From Candidatus Bathyarchaeota archaeon (GTDB lineage: Archaea; Thermoproteota; Bathyarchaeia; Bathyarchaeales; Bathycorpusculaceae): a stretch of 64,000 nt of DNA. The stretch is from NCBI GenBank assembly GCA_963775895.1, contig CAVZKL010000012.1, forward strand, positions 11,742 to 75,741. Direction: 5' to 3'. Positions 40,165 to 50,188 of the stretch are shown piece after piece; the stretch's first letter is position 1; each line of letters begins with the position of its first letter. The notes beneath the pieces are model-generated. The model saw only the letters and a program-made list of their open reading frames with translations, was not told the DNA's origin and did not search any database. Position numbers and translations under genes: made by a program.

Positions 40165-41017
40165 CTATTTCTTGAAGCACACGGCAGCGTACCCCACAAC
40201 TTCAGAGGAGTCGCCAATTACATCTCCACTGGTCTTATAGCATAATAATTTTGCCTCTTTTACACCCAGAGATTTCGCAGCGGTGATGAGAGCCGCAATC
40301 GGTCCGTAGCCGCACGCAGTAACGTGCTGAGATTCAACGATCGAGTAGAAGCGAGCTTCATCTAATGCTACGACGGCTTCAAGCGCCTTTTTGTCCTTGC
40401 TCTGGGCTCGTTTCCCGCGGTTCGTAATGGGTCATGTCTGAAGAAGCTATTATGACCGCGTTTCTGTGAACCGCAACCTTTGCCACCGCTTTCCCCACTT
40501 CTCGCGCCGAGTCAAGGTCCTGCATGAGGAAGCAAACGGGAACGAACTTGAAGTTTGCACCGTAGAGGTATTGGAGAAAGGGAAGCTGAACTTCGATTGA
40601 GTGTTCTAAACTGTGAGCAGCCTCGTCGACATCTACTATTCTTGATTCTCGCACCACCTGATTGGCGGCTTCAGTGTCAATTTCAACATCGCCTAAAGGT
40701 GTTCGCCACGCCCCTTCATTCATTATGGCGAGACCACTTCCCAACCCGGTGTGGTTGGGTCCGAAAATGAAAGCCACGTCCGGTTTCCCGTCGATGGCCA
40801 ACTCGTAATACGAATGTGCAGCCACGGGTCCAGAAAACATGTATCCTGCATGTGGACAAACGAGGCCTACGACGCGTCTTGCCCCGTACTTAGCAATTTC
40901 AGGAAGCCGTCCAGGTCCAAGTCTGTTGAGAAAACAACCTTCTATCTGCCGTCTCAGTGATTCGGGGGTTCCCTCGTAGAAGGCTCCGGCTTGACAGGGA
41001 TGCCGAACCTTCACCAT
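40165..41017 (-). CDS. MEMO1 family protein (AmmeMemoRadiSam protein B), +1 frameshift near 40412
   Basis: AGAFY, PHAGYMFSG, GPNHTG, EHSIEVQLPFLQ, ASSDMTHY; other frame gives ACGYGP..TSGDV..VVGYAA*. Confidence 0.92.
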
Positions 41018-41021
41018 ACAG

Positions 41022-41807
41022 TTAGGTTTCCTCCTCCTCCCGTGAGATCTTGGCCTCGAAATCATCTATCGTCAATTGGAGATCTTTGTCTGGAGCCAGT
41101 TCGCCGCGTTCCCGCATTATCTGTCTTGCCAGCAACCAGTATATGACTGCCAAGGCTCGGCGACCCTTGTTGTTGGTCGGAATGACTAACTCAACACCGA
41201 CGAACTCGTTGTCGGTGCTGCATAACGCCACTACTGGAATTCCGACGGAAGACGCCTCTTTGACCGCTTGAAAATCGGCTCTGGGGTCAGAGACTAACAG
41301 AACTTCGGGTTCGATTCTGTTAGGGTACAGTGGATTTGATAACAGTCCCGGGATGAACCTGCCGACGACGGGCGTTGCTCCGGTGACTTGGCAGAACTTG
41401 GAAACCGGCTCTTGAGCGTAAAGTCTTGCCGCTGCCGCCGCGATCTTGGAAGGTTCGAACCTTGCCAAGAACTTGGCTGCGACGCGTACTCTGTCATCCG
41501 TTTTCTTGACGTCTAAAACGAAGAGCCCGTCAGGTCTGACGCGGTATATGAATTGCTCCATGTCGCCTGTTTTCATCCTCGTACCTATGTGGATGCCAGC
41601 AGAAAGCAGAGTGTCCTGGGGCAAGAGAAGTTCCTCTTCAGGAGGCACTGTGGCCTCTGCAACTTCAGGCTTTTCTTCCTCGGTCTCCACTGGATGAACT
41701 TCTTCTTTCATCTCATCTTCTTTGTCTTCTTCGTTTTCTTCCTGGTTTTCCTGCTCGTTTTCTTCTTCGCCTTCCTTGATTTCTTCGTCTTCCGACAACT
41801 TTTTCAT
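41022..41807 (-). CDS. rps2: 30S ribosomal protein S2 with acidic N-terminal extension
   Basis: [31 protein letters not shown]. Confidence 0.96.
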   Translation of the reverse strand: MKKLSEDEEIKEGEEENEQENQEENEEDKEDEMKEEVHPVETEEEKPEVAEATVPPEEELLLPQDTLLSAGIHIGTRMKTGDMEQFIYRVRPDGLFVLDVKKTDDRVRVAAKFLARFEPSKIAAAAARLYAQEPVSKFCQVTGATPVVGRFIPGLLSNPLYPNRIEPEVLLVSDPRADFQAVKEASSVGIPVVALCSTDNEFVGVELVIPTNNKGRRALAVIYWLLARQIMRERGELAPDKDLQLTIDDFEAKISREEEET

Positions 41808-43066
41808 CCTCCTTTAAGCATGTCAAGATCAGCCATTTTGGCTCTATCGCCAAGGAACTCTTCTATTCTGATCAATTCGTTTATCTTTGCTGTCCGCGCG
41901 CCCTCAACGATTCCAGTTTTGATAATCGGGCATTTGTAAGCCACGGCCAGTTGGGCTATGTGCCAATCGCAAGTGTCACCTGAGCGGTGAGACATCACTG
42001 GAACGTACCCGTGTCGCTGGGCCATTTCGATCGTTTCCCAAGCATCTGAGAGGGTGCCGACCTGGTTGACCTTTATTATGATGGAATTTGCCGCGTGCAG
42101 TTTCAACCCGCGGTAGAGCCTTTCGCTGTTCGTAGTGAACAAGTCGTCTCCACAGATGAGGCAGTTCTTGATTTTCTTGGTGATTTCAGCAAAGCTTTTG
42201 AAGTCTTCTTCGTCGAAGGGGTCTTCAACGTAGGCCAAGTGATACTTCTTGGTTAAGCCAAGCACGTACTCCAGTTGTTCGCCTGTGTCGCGTTTCTTTT
42301 TCTCCCTCGCGTAATTGTACTTTTTTTCTTTGGCGTTCCAGAGTGAGGACGACGCGAAATCAGCGCCCATCCCACAGATGAAGCCCATTTCACTGCTTAC
42401 TTCTTCACAAGCCCTTGCCGTTATTTCGAAGGCCTCTTCGTTTTCCACGGTGGCAACCCAGGCCCCTTCGTCACTTCTACCGCCGCCGAACAGCTTGTCC
42501 TTCTTGCCTAACGTTTCGCCGATCTTCTTGTGTACCATAGTGTTTGCTGTCGCGGCTTCCAAGAACGACTCGGCGCCGTGAGAAAGAGCCAAAAACTCTT
42601 GAATATCGGGGCTTTTTCCGCGCGTGTGCTGCCCGCCGCTTATCGTGTTTCCCAGCGGGTAGGGAAGTTCGTGGGCCACGTGCCCCCCGAGATGCTGAAA
42701 GAGAAGAAGACTGTTCGAGTTTGCCGCTGCTTCTGCGCTGGCCAGTGAGACTGCAAAAGCGGTGTTTCCGCCAATCGACCTGAAGTCTTTTGAACCGTCG
42801 ATTTCGTGCAGTGTCTTGTCGATTTCTTCTTGACTGTCCGCGCTTAGGCCTATGATTTCGGGGGCAACAAGCTCGTCAACTCTCTTTATAGCCTGCTCAA
42901 CCCCGCCTTGCGGATAGTAGACGACTTCTGTTTTGCCACGGCTCTTTCCAGCCGGTGCTGCGACTCTGCCGAAACCTGATGCGGTGATGACGTCGACTTC
43001 GATGGTTTCTTCTCCGCGATTGTTGAAGACCTTTCTCGCTAAGACGTCCTCGATCACTGCGGCCAT
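41804..43066 (-). CDS. eno: Enolase
   Basis: [42 protein letters not shown]. Confidence 0.93.
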   Translation of the reverse strand: MAAVIEDVLARKVFNNRGEETIEVDVITASGFGRVAAPAGKSRGKTEVVYYPQGGVEQAIKRVDELVAPEIIGLSADSQEEIDKTLHEIDGSKDFRSIGGNTAFAVSLASAEAAANSNSLLLFQHLGGHVAHELPYPLGNTISGGQHTRGKSPDIQEFLALSHGAESFLEAATANTMVHKKIGETLGKKDKLFGGGRSDEGAWVATVENEEAFEITARACEEVSSEMGFICGMGADFASSSLWNAKEKKYNYAREKKKRDTGEQLEYVLGLTKKYHLAYVEDPFDEEDFKSFAEITKKIKNCLICGDDLFTTNSERLYRGLKLHAANSIIIKVNQVGTLSDAWETIEMAQRHGYVPVMSHRSGDTCDWHIAQLAVAYKCPIIKTGIVEGARTAKINELIRIEEFLGDRAKMADLDMLKGG

Positions 43067-43086
43067 CAGATTTTCCCGGCTCAATC

Positions 43087-43314
43087 TCAAAGATTCCTTG
43101 CCTCTCTTCGTTTTTCGGCTTCTTCGTAGAAACGAAGCACCTCATCCAGAATATCCGCGTGAGAGAGGAGCATGCGTCTGCAACAATAGCGTTTCACGCC
43201 TAGACTGTCGAGCACTTCACTCGGGTTTTCCCCAGCTTTGACTCTATGGGTGAACTCTTCCCATTTGTCACCGATCAACTTGCCACAAGTGAAACATCTT
43301 ACGGGTATGATCAA
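43087..43314 (-). CDS. rpoN: RNA polymerase subunit Rpo10 (RpoN)
   Basis: [12 protein letters not shown]...RYCCRRMLL. Confidence 0.98.
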   Translation of the reverse strand: MIIPVRCFTCGKLIGDKWEEFTHRVKAGENPSEVLDSLGVKRYCCRRMLLSHADILDEVLRFYEEAEKRREARNL

Positions 43315-43330
43315 ACCTTGTCAGCCCTCT

Positions 43331-43747
43331 TTACCGGTAACTCTTCTGGTCTCTTGACCGAGCACCTGGACCTCCAAACTTTTTGGGCTCCTTCTTCCGT
43401 GAGTCACCAGCAATCATCGTTCTGTCGTACTCAGCAAAAACTGTGCGAAGATGAGTGCTCTTGGTCCATTTCAGCACTGCGTTTGCGACAGCCATACGTG
43501 CAGCTTCCGCCTGGCCCATGTAGCCTCCGCCGGAAGCCTTCACGTCCAGGTCCAGTTGCTTCCAAACCTCGTCTCCGGCTTCTAGAAGCGGTTCCATGAT
43601 CTTTTCACGCGCGATTTCAGGTTCAAAAATCTCCACAGGAACCTTGTTAACGTAAACTCTTCCAACGCCAGGTCTTACGACCGCCCTTGCACTGGCGGTT
43701 TTCCGTTTTCCACTCACAACGAGAGTTTTCTTAGCAGGCATTTTCAT
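43331..43747 (-). CDS. rps9: 30S ribosomal protein S9
   Basis: GKRKTASARA, GGGYMGQAEA, EPKKFGGPGAR..QKSYR. Confidence 0.98.
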   Translation of the reverse strand: MKMPAKKTLVVSGKRKTASARAVVRPGVGRVYVNKVPVEIFEPEIAREKIMEPLLEAGDEVWKQLDLDVKASGGGYMGQAEAARMAVANAVLKWTKSTHLRTVFAEYDRTMIAGDSRKKEPKKFGGPGARSRDQKSYR

Positions 43748-44187
43748 TCACCTTGATTCCATCCTATTTCTCTTGAGAATTCGCCGACCGTAAAGTACGC
43801 GCACTTCAACTTTTTCGCTTGGGCGTCGGCTACTGTTTCCATCTTCTGGTTTTTCAGGTCTTCAGGGACTCCTATGAACACTTTCAGATTTTTGTAAGCT
43901 TGTTTGCCCTTGGGCTGTTTGAACGGAAGCATTCCTTTGACGGTTTTTCTAACGACTCCGTCTGGCCTTCTATGATGGAATGGCCCCCGATATACGCCTC
44001 CCACGGCAAGGAATTCTTTTGCTTCTGAAACTTTGTTTCCCTTTCTTCCCGATATCACTGCCTTCTCCGCGTTTACCACCACTATTTCCTCGCCTGTAAG
44101 AAGACGCTTGGCGATTCTGCTTGACATTCTGCCCAGGATGAGTCCGTCAGCGTTCACGATTGTTGTTGCTTTACTCGATGATTCCAT
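43744..44187 (-). CDS. rpl13: 50S ribosomal protein L13
   Basis: ILGRMSS, VNAEKAVISG, GPFHHRRP, VKGMLP. Confidence 0.97.
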   Translation of the reverse strand: MESSSKATTIVNADGLILGRMSSRIAKRLLTGEEIVVVNAEKAVISGRKGNKVSEAKEFLAVGGVYRGPFHHRRPDGVVRKTVKGMLPFKQPKGKQAYKNLKVFIGVPEDLKNQKMETVADAQAKKLKCAYFTVGEFSREIGWNQGE

Positions 44188-44191
44188 GTCT

Positions 44192-44554
44192 TCACCCGAT
44201 TATCTTGACCTTCGATCCCTTAGGATCCTTTTTGACAAGGTTGTCAAGCGAAAGGCACTTGCCCTTCGCAGCTTCTATCTTGTCTCTCGCCCTTGCTGAG
44301 AAAATGAAAGCCCCGACCGTTATGGCGTGGCCAATTTGACCCGTGCCCAAAACCTTTCCTGGGACTGCGACCATTTCGCTCCTGTGAGTGTACCTGTTTA
44401 GTCGGCTTACGTTCACCACGAGATTGCGTCTTCTCGGTTTGGACAGGCGTTCAGCAACGTCACGCCATACGCCAACATTGTTCTCTCTGCTTTGCTTCTT
44501 CAAGAAATTAACGGTGTTGATCAGTTCAGGGTTTGTGGTTCTAGTCTTCCTCAC
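44192..44554 (-). CDS. rpl18e: 50S ribosomal protein L18e
   Basis: TNP, W..VAERL, VNVSRLNR, VPGKVLG. Confidence 0.97.
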   Translation of the reverse strand: MRKTRTTNPELINTVNFLKKQSRENNVGVWRDVAERLSKPRRRNLVVNVSRLNRYTHRSEMVAVPGKVLGTGQIGHAITVGAFIFSARARDKIEAAKGKCLSLDNLVKKDPKGSKVKIIG

Positions 44555-45374
44555 TCTTCTTCACCTTGATTTGGCCCTCAAGCTCTTTCAGTTGTTTGTC
44601 TAGCAACTTGACGGCTTCCGTCACTATTCGTTCTGGCGGAAGTGCTCCCGTGGACTCAACGGCCAGTATGAAAGCGTCTTCTTCCCCAGATACTTCTATC
44701 GCACGTGGTTTTTCTGGACAAGCTTCAGCACAGTCCTGACACAGCGTGCACGCCATCAGATCGCGAATTTCAACCTTGTTTCCTGATTTGACAAGAACCT
44801 TCCTGGGACACATTTCCACGCATTTTCCACACGCGGTACATTTGTTGCTTATCGTTATCTTGGGAAAGTATTTGTAAGTGCACATCGAAACAGGTTGCCA
44901 CTTGGCGTGGTTTTTGCCTTTTCCAAGTCTCGCGTAGGCTTCAAGTCTGATTCTCTGTTCTTTTGCCAGCTTAACGATCGGCACCTTTTCGCTGACTGGT
45001 GCTATCGTTTGACTTTCCGATTTGAGGTCGCCTGAATAGATGGTTCTGGACCCTTCTTTTGCTTCAACTTCAAGTGCCAGGGTAACTCTGCAGAGGTTGC
45101 ATCCGAATTCACTCTTGCACGAACATTCCTCAGGCAGGTTGTAACTGTCCAAGTCGGTCTTGAGCGGAAGGAGCCCAAGCCTGTGCGCAATGACTTCATC
45201 TTGCAGAATCGAAGAGTTCTCAAGCATCACGATCTCATCTATGGCCATACATGGGACTTCCGATGTCACTAGCCGTCTCAAAGCGTTCATGTACGGAACG
45301 TCCACTCCTCGAATCAACAAGCGCAGTTGCTCTTCGCTTTTCTCAAGCACTTTTATTTCCACTTGGTTGGACAC
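44541..45374 (-). CDS. rpoD: RNA polymerase subunit Rpo3 (RpoD) with ferredoxin-like domain
   Basis: NALRR..EVP, DEVIAHRLGLLPL, HAKWQP, VESTGALPP; two CxxCxxCxxxCP motifs. Confidence 0.97.
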   Translation of the reverse strand: MSNQVEIKVLEKSEEQLRLLIRGVDVPYMNALRRLVTSEVPCMAIDEIVMLENSSILQDEVIAHRLGLLPLKTDLDSYNLPEECSCKSEFGCNLCRVTLALEVEAKEGSRTIYSGDLKSESQTIAPVSEKVPIVKLAKEQRIRLEAYARLGKGKNHAKWQPVSMCTYKYFPKITISNKCTACGKCVEMCPRKVLVKSGNKVEIRDLMACTLCQDCAEACPEKPRAIEVSGEEDAFILAVESTGALPPERIVTEAVKLLDKQLKELEGQIKVKKSEED

Positions 45375-45457
45375 TCCATGCTAACCAGTGTGTCGTTCAA
45401 TAAGACATTGGTGCATTATTTCAATTTTTCTGTCAGGAGAAAGAAGGCTTCAACCTG

Positions 45458-45859
45458 TCAGACTCTTCTTCCCCTTCTGCCGCCCGGCCTCCGCGTACCA
45501 TCATGCGGGATAGGCGTGACTTCCTCTATACGTTCAATGCGGAAACCAGCCCTTGCCAACGCCCTGATAGCGGCCTGCGCACCTGGACCAGGAGTTCTGG
45601 GTCCTGCGCCTCCAGGAGCTCTGACCCTGATGTGTATAGCGGTTATACCCTTATCTCTTGCAACATCGGCCGCCAATGACGCTGCGCGCATCGCGGCGTA
45701 GGGTGAAGATTCCAGTCTGGATTGTTTGACAACCATGCCTCCAGACGTTCTGGCGATCGTTTCTGCGCCCGAAAGGTCAGTCATGTGGATAATCGTGTTG
45801 TTGTACGAACTGAAAATGTGAACGACAGCCCACTTCTCAGTTTTCTTGCTCGAACTCAT
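45458..45859 (-). CDS. rps11: 30S ribosomal protein S11
   Basis: [31 protein letters not shown]. Confidence 0.98.
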   Translation of the reverse strand: MSSSKKTEKWAVVHIFSSYNNTIIHMTDLSGAETIARTSGGMVVKQSRLESSPYAAMRAASLAADVARDKGITAIHIRVRAPGGAGPRTPGPGAQAAIRALARAGFRIERIEEVTPIPHDGTRRPGGRRGRRV

Positions 45860-46422
45860 TATTGTTCTCCTTCTCTTTCAGGTCCTGGCTCTGCCTGCGG
45901 CGCAACAGTGATGGTCTGTCGCAACGGATGGTTGGGATTCGCGAGGGCGCTCTGAGCTTTGTAACCGATTTGAGCCTCCTCGGGTTTGGTTACGAGGTGG
46001 CCGGGTGTTTTGACTCGCTGCCCTCCGATAGTTATGTGTCCATGGGTTATCAGTTGGCGAGACTGTTGGGCCGTTTTTGCCAACCCTTTGCGCAAGACGA
46101 GGGTTTGAAGTCTTCGTTCAAGGATGTCTTCTATCGTTAAGTCCAACACGTCGTCCAGGACAGCTGTTTCAGGCAGAACGCCCAGCCGTTTCAAGCGTGC
46201 TAGAATCTCCTCTTCCATTTTTTTGCGTTCTTCAGGCGCCTTCCCAATGAGTGACCGTGCAGTGCCTCTGAACGTTGACAGCATCGTTTCATTCCGCCAC
46301 AGTTCATGCTTGTTCCTTAAACCGAATTCTCCTATGAGTTTGAGTTCAGCCTGCATTATGTCGGTTCGCCAAGGGAATCTCGGCGTGTCGTACTTCTTTC
46401 TCTGTTTCTTGATGTCGCCCAT
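45859..46422 (-). CDS. rps4: 30S ribosomal protein S4
   Basis: [28 protein letters not shown]. Confidence 0.98.
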   Translation of the reverse strand: MGDIKKQRKKYDTPRFPWRTDIMQAELKLIGEFGLRNKHELWRNETMLSTFRGTARSLIGKAPEERKKMEEEILARLKRLGVLPETAVLDDVLDLTIEDILERRLQTLVLRKGLAKTAQQSRQLITHGHITIGGQRVKTPGHLVTKPEEAQIGYKAQSALANPNHPLRQTITVAPQAEPGPEREGEQ

Positions 46423-46907
46423 TACTTACTCTCCGCTGCGGCCGCGCCGGGTCTCTGCATCAACGTCTTCTTCTTAACCCCCAAGGCTTTACCCGCTCTA
46501 CCCGTGGTTTTGGTGTGTTGCCCGCGCACCCGCAGGCCGTAGGCGTGTCGGTATCCACGCCAAGACTTGATGATCTTCTGCTGCTCAATGTCCATTTTTG
46601 TTCTGAGGACAAGGTCAGCGCTGATCAGGTGCCCGTCTTTGCCCGTTTCTGCGTCTCTTCTTCTGTTCAATAGCCACGGAGGCAAACCGTGTCTGGCGGG
46701 GTCTTTAACGATCTCTTCAACCTTCTCCACGTCGGTTTCCGTCAGGAACCCCGCTCGTTTGTCTGGGCTTATACCCGCCTTCATCAGTATCGCGTTTGCC
46801 AGACTCAGACTTATCCCTTTGACCTTTGACAGCGCGTAAGACGTTTTCAACGTGCCGTCAACGTCGGTGTCTATGATTCTGAGTCTGTACCGAAATTCTT
46901 CTGACAT
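46422..46907 (-). CDS. rps13: 30S ribosomal protein S13
   Basis: WLLNRRRD, SWRGYRH..GLRVRGQHTKTTGR. Confidence 0.98.
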   Translation of the reverse strand: MSEEFRYRLRIIDTDVDGTLKTSYALSKVKGISLSLANAILMKAGISPDKRAGFLTETDVEKVEEIVKDPARHGLPPWLLNRRRDAETGKDGHLISADLVLRTKMDIEQQKIIKSWRGYRHAYGLRVRGQHTKTTGRAGKALGVKKKTLMQRPGAAAAESK

Positions 46908-46955
46908 TCAGTGACATCCATTATGGTCCGAAGCTAACTACGAAGTAAACCATAA

Positions 46956-46964
46956 TTTATATAA
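46956..46964 (-). promoter_or_regulatory. Candidate TATA box of the rps13 superoperon
   Basis: TTATATAAA on the minus strand about 50 nt upstream of the rps13 start, in an AT-rich gap. Confidence 0.5.
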
Positions 46965-47154
46965 GAATATCGGTTTTTAAACAAACAATGCAATTTGGCT
47001 CTGCGTGTTTTTTCCACATGACCTCACGCGTTCAAATCTTCGACACGAGGTTAACGTTACCGCTTGAGTCTAGGAACACTATCCAAAACACGCGGGTTCT
47101 GGTCTTTCTTCTATCCAAAAAGCGATTGGCATGAGTGTTGAAGTGTGGTTCGGT

Positions 47155-47748
47155 CTACCATGCGTTTGGGTGTTGATATCTGACTATGGGCGTGTTATTT
47201 TTGAATGGCTCTTTCTTGAAGAGTTCTTCGAGTGAAAGGAGTATTTCTCGATGGTTTTCTTCGTCTTTCGCTATTAGCTCGAAAACATACTTCAGAGACT
47301 CCAGGTTGACTTTGTATATTTGAGAGATTTCTTTGCTCATGAAGTTAAGTGTCTTTAATTCGACAAGAACGAAGTATTCTTCACTGAGCGAGTTTTCGAA
47401 GCCGGCCAACCTGTTCATCAAACCGGGCAGGTCCGACTCGTTGATCTTCTGTTTCTCTGTTATCTCGTCTGATAGGTCAGAGATCTTTTGCCACACCTGC
47501 TTCAGTTTCTTTTCACAGTCTCCAGATTTGGGTTTGGAGGGTGAAATGTTCTCGGCGATTTCTCTCATTATCACCGAGTGTTTCAGGCTGTCGTAAGCGA
47601 TGTAGTACAGTGAGGATCTGGCAAGAAGATTTTCTGTTTTCGAGGCTATACTACGATACAGCGAGAACGTTCTTTCTTCCAAGTTGCTGGAACAATGGAG
47701 AAAGCCTGCCACGTCCTTTCCGTTCTTCACGTTCCGCAAGAGCATCAT
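47155..47748 (-). CDS. Ferritin-like/rubrerythrin-fold protein
   Basis: Four-helix pattern LEERTFSLY..IAYDSLKH..FENSLSEEY..IAKDEENH. Confidence 0.7.
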   Translation of the reverse strand: MMLLRNVKNGKDVAGFLHCSSNLEERTFSLYRSIASKTENLLARSSLYYIAYDSLKHSVIMREIAENISPSKPKSGDCEKKLKQVWQKISDLSDEITEKQKINESDLPGLMNRLAGFENSLSEEYFVLVELKTLNFMSKEISQIYKVNLESLKYVFELIAKDEENHREILLSLEELFKKEPFKNNTPIVRYQHPNAW

Positions 47749-47853
47749 TCCTCACGGTGTTCTGCATGAAACAATGCCTAATTGAGTGATAAATGAGTTA
47801 TGAATCCTCAATTCACTATGAAAAGAGTAGCGAGCTCGCAAACAGCAGGATTT

Positions 47854-48102
47854 TTACTCAAGTCTCTTTGCCATCAGAATTGTTCTTTCAGCAGTTGACG
47901 CTGAAAAGAGCAGATCATCAATCGTGGCTATGAAAGTGGGAAATTTCCCATCGTAGCTTATGCTTGTCACGACCCTTCTTGAATCTTTCGTAGTTTTTAT
48001 GGACAGACCTTTTGGGGTCCTCATATTGTCCGGCGACACTGCTTTGGCCACGACTTCAGCCGTCTTTTCATCATCGTATTCCAAGACTATTTTGGCTTGC
48101 AA
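47854..48102 (-). CDS. pcc1: KEOPS subunit Pcc1
   Basis: AKAVSPDN...TIDDLL; size and position after rps15-DHH. Confidence 0.8.
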   Translation of the reverse strand: MQAKIVLEYDDEKTAEVVAKAVSPDNMRTPKGLSIKTTKDSRRVVTSISYDGKFPTFIATIDDLLFSASTAERTILMAKRLE

Positions 48103-49547
48103 TCTTTCTCGCCCTTCAACTGTTTGCCCACGAGTTCGTTCACGATTGACATGAATTCGTCGACGTCTTTTATGGGAACTTGGGCGCCTGCAGCAACGTT
48201 GTGCCCTCCGCCTTTACCGTGGAATTTCTCGGCGGCCGCCTGCATTGTTTCGCCGAGGTTGACGCCTTTGCTCACCACGGTGTCCATGGTTCGCGCGGAT
48301 ATCTTCGCGATTCCTTCTTCTTGGAGATTGGAGTAGGCTATCAAGGGTTTTTCGGGGTTGGGAAGGTTTGAGACGAGTATAGACGAGATGGCTCCGACCA
48401 TCTTGTCTTTGATGAAGTCTTCACCGAATACGACGTAGATGTTTTCGAATTCTTTCATCCTTTCAGGCTTCTCCATCACCCAGCCCAAGTACTTGTTGAT
48501 GGTTCGTCTATAATCTTCCAGGAGTCGGTTGGCTGCTTCAAGAGACGAGCCTCTGTCGCCCATGCAGACGGCTACGCCCAATCCTGCTTTTTCCATCCTT
48601 CCAGTCGCGTTGAGCAGCACCGCAAACTCTCGCGCATCCCTCAGGGGGGTCCATGGTTCTTCATGGTTTAGAATGTAGATGCTTCCGATGAGATTCGTCA
48701 CTTCATAATGTAGACCCTTAGAAACCAGATGGTCTGCCAGTTTTGAGCATAATCGCTTCTTTTCATCTTCGGACAGGTCTCTCAGGGCTCGCCATTTGTC
48801 CCCGTTCATCGGTTCTATGTCGAGACTCTTGAGGAAGGCCAAGCTGTTGTTTTCATCTCCGCTTATGCCTGGAATGAACGGGTTTGTCGAAGAGGTTAAG
48901 GCTTTCAGAATTGGGCGCGTTTCCCTTCCGAAGAAAATCAGGTCTTTTTCAACGGTCACGTGACCTGAGCTGGTTGCGTCTTCAACGATTTTCTGATTCA
49001 AACCCCTGAGCGTGCGTTGATCGTACTTGTCCTGTAAGTCTCCTAGAGCTCCAACGATCGCAACCGGCGACAAGTCTACGTTAGTCTTGTCCAGAGCCTT
49101 GGCGACAAAATAGGCGACGCCTGAACCGCTTACGTCCCTAGCTCCGTCAATACCGTGCAGATGCGGGTTTACCTGCACAAAGTTATCTGATTGTTCGCCC
49201 ACAACCTGATGATGATCCAGAATTACGATCTTGAAGTCGGAGAGTTTCTCGTTGAGTAGATCGACGTAGCCGCTTCCCAGATCAGTGAAGACAATCAGTT
49301 GAGGCTTATCCGAAATGATTTCAGCGACGATCTTGTCTTCGATCCATTGAGTGATGCGAATTCTGAAGCGGGCCTCCAGCCTCGACAGAGCCTTTCCCAT
49401 TATTCCAGCTGCAGCAACGCCGTCAGCGTCCAGGTGCGAGAAAACGTGGACCAGCCCATCCTGCTTGACCGTTTCCAAGATGGTTTTTGCTGCCTTTTCA
49501 GCAGAATCAAGGAAGCTGGCGTACTGTTCATCGGAAGCTGAAGCCAT
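48087..49547 (-). CDS. RecJ-like DHH phosphoesterase
   Basis: HLDADG, TDLGSG, LDHH, NPH, GALGD, LNATGR, GGGHNVAAGA. Confidence 0.93.
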   Translation of the reverse strand: MASASDEQYASFLDSAEKAAKTILETVKQDGLVHVFSHLDADGVAAAGIMGKALSRLEARFRIRITQWIEDKIVAEIISDKPQLIVFTDLGSGYVDLLNEKLSDFKIVILDHHQVVGEQSDNFVQVNPHLHGIDGARDVSGSGVAYFVAKALDKTNVDLSPVAIVGALGDLQDKYDQRTLRGLNQKIVEDATSSGHVTVEKDLIFFGRETRPILKALTSSTNPFIPGISGDENNSLAFLKSLDIEPMNGDKWRALRDLSEDEKKRLCSKLADHLVSKGLHYEVTNLIGSIYILNHEEPWTPLRDAREFAVLLNATGRMEKAGLGVAVCMGDRGSSLEAANRLLEDYRRTINKYLGWVMEKPERMKEFENIYVVFGEDFIKDKMVGAISSILVSNLPNPEKPLIAYSNLQEEGIAKISARTMDTVVSKGVNLGETMQAAAEKFHGKGGGHNVAAGAQVPIKDVDEFMSIVNELVGKQLKGEKDCKPK

Positions 49548-49659
49548 GACTGGTCATCCTAGCCTAACCCGAGTGAGATTATTTAAAGATTTAAGATGCT
49601 TTAGCGTAGGAACGGCTCGAAAATGGTCAACGAAAAAGTTCGAACGAAACGAGAGAGAT

Positions 49660-50100
49660 CTAAGTTATCGAAGCGATTTTAGGTTCGTACTTCCATGCTG
49701 GAGCTAGGATACCTTCCTTTTTGTAGAACCTCGACACCTTGTGAATCTTCGCTTCTATAAGTTGAAGCGCTCGCCGATTGTAAAGGTCGGTTCTATTCTT
49801 CTCAAGGTGAAGCGAAAGGCTCTGGGCCTTCTTCAGCAGACTTGTCAGATCCTCAGGAAAAGCTGGGGCCAATTGATTCTCTCTCATGATTGTCAGCACG
49901 CGTTTGCCGGTTATGGGTTTTGACAGTGGAACCGAATACTGATCTCTGAGGATGGTGCCGATTCGGCTTGCCGAGTTACCCTCTTTTGCAAGTTTGACTA
50001 TTAGAGCTTCAACTTCTTCAGCTTGATACTTACACCAGCTAGGAGCGCGTTTGCTCACAGGTCTCGTTTCATGTGATTTTCCTTTCTCTTGCTTAGGCAT
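49660..50100 (-). CDS. rps15: 30S ribosomal protein S15
   Basis: IGTILRDQY, PEDL, LQLIEAKIH, WKY. Confidence 0.96.
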   Translation of the reverse strand: MPKQEKGKSHETRPVSKRAPSWCKYQAEEVEALIVKLAKEGNSASRIGTILRDQYSVPLSKPITGKRVLTIMRENQLAPAFPEDLTSLLKKAQSLSLHLEKNRTDLYNRRALQLIEAKIHKVSRFYKKEGILAPAWKYEPKIASIT

Positions 50101-50188
50101 GGAGTATCCCTAGATAAGTGCCTATGAGCGAAGATAAACGCATATTTAAGAGTAACCGTCGATTTTTTGAAGTGACCGTCTTCTGCAT

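Noticed and set aside
41804-43066. Inactive enolase (PAGKSRG instead of PSGASTG)
   Set aside because: The loop Ser, the metal ligands and the catalytic His, Glu and Lys motifs are all retained.
34457-46907. Ribosomal, RNAP, enolase and mevalonate genes in one operon as a novelty
   Set aside because: This is a well-known conserved archaeal superoperon; only the absence of rpoK and tRNAs is a minor variation.
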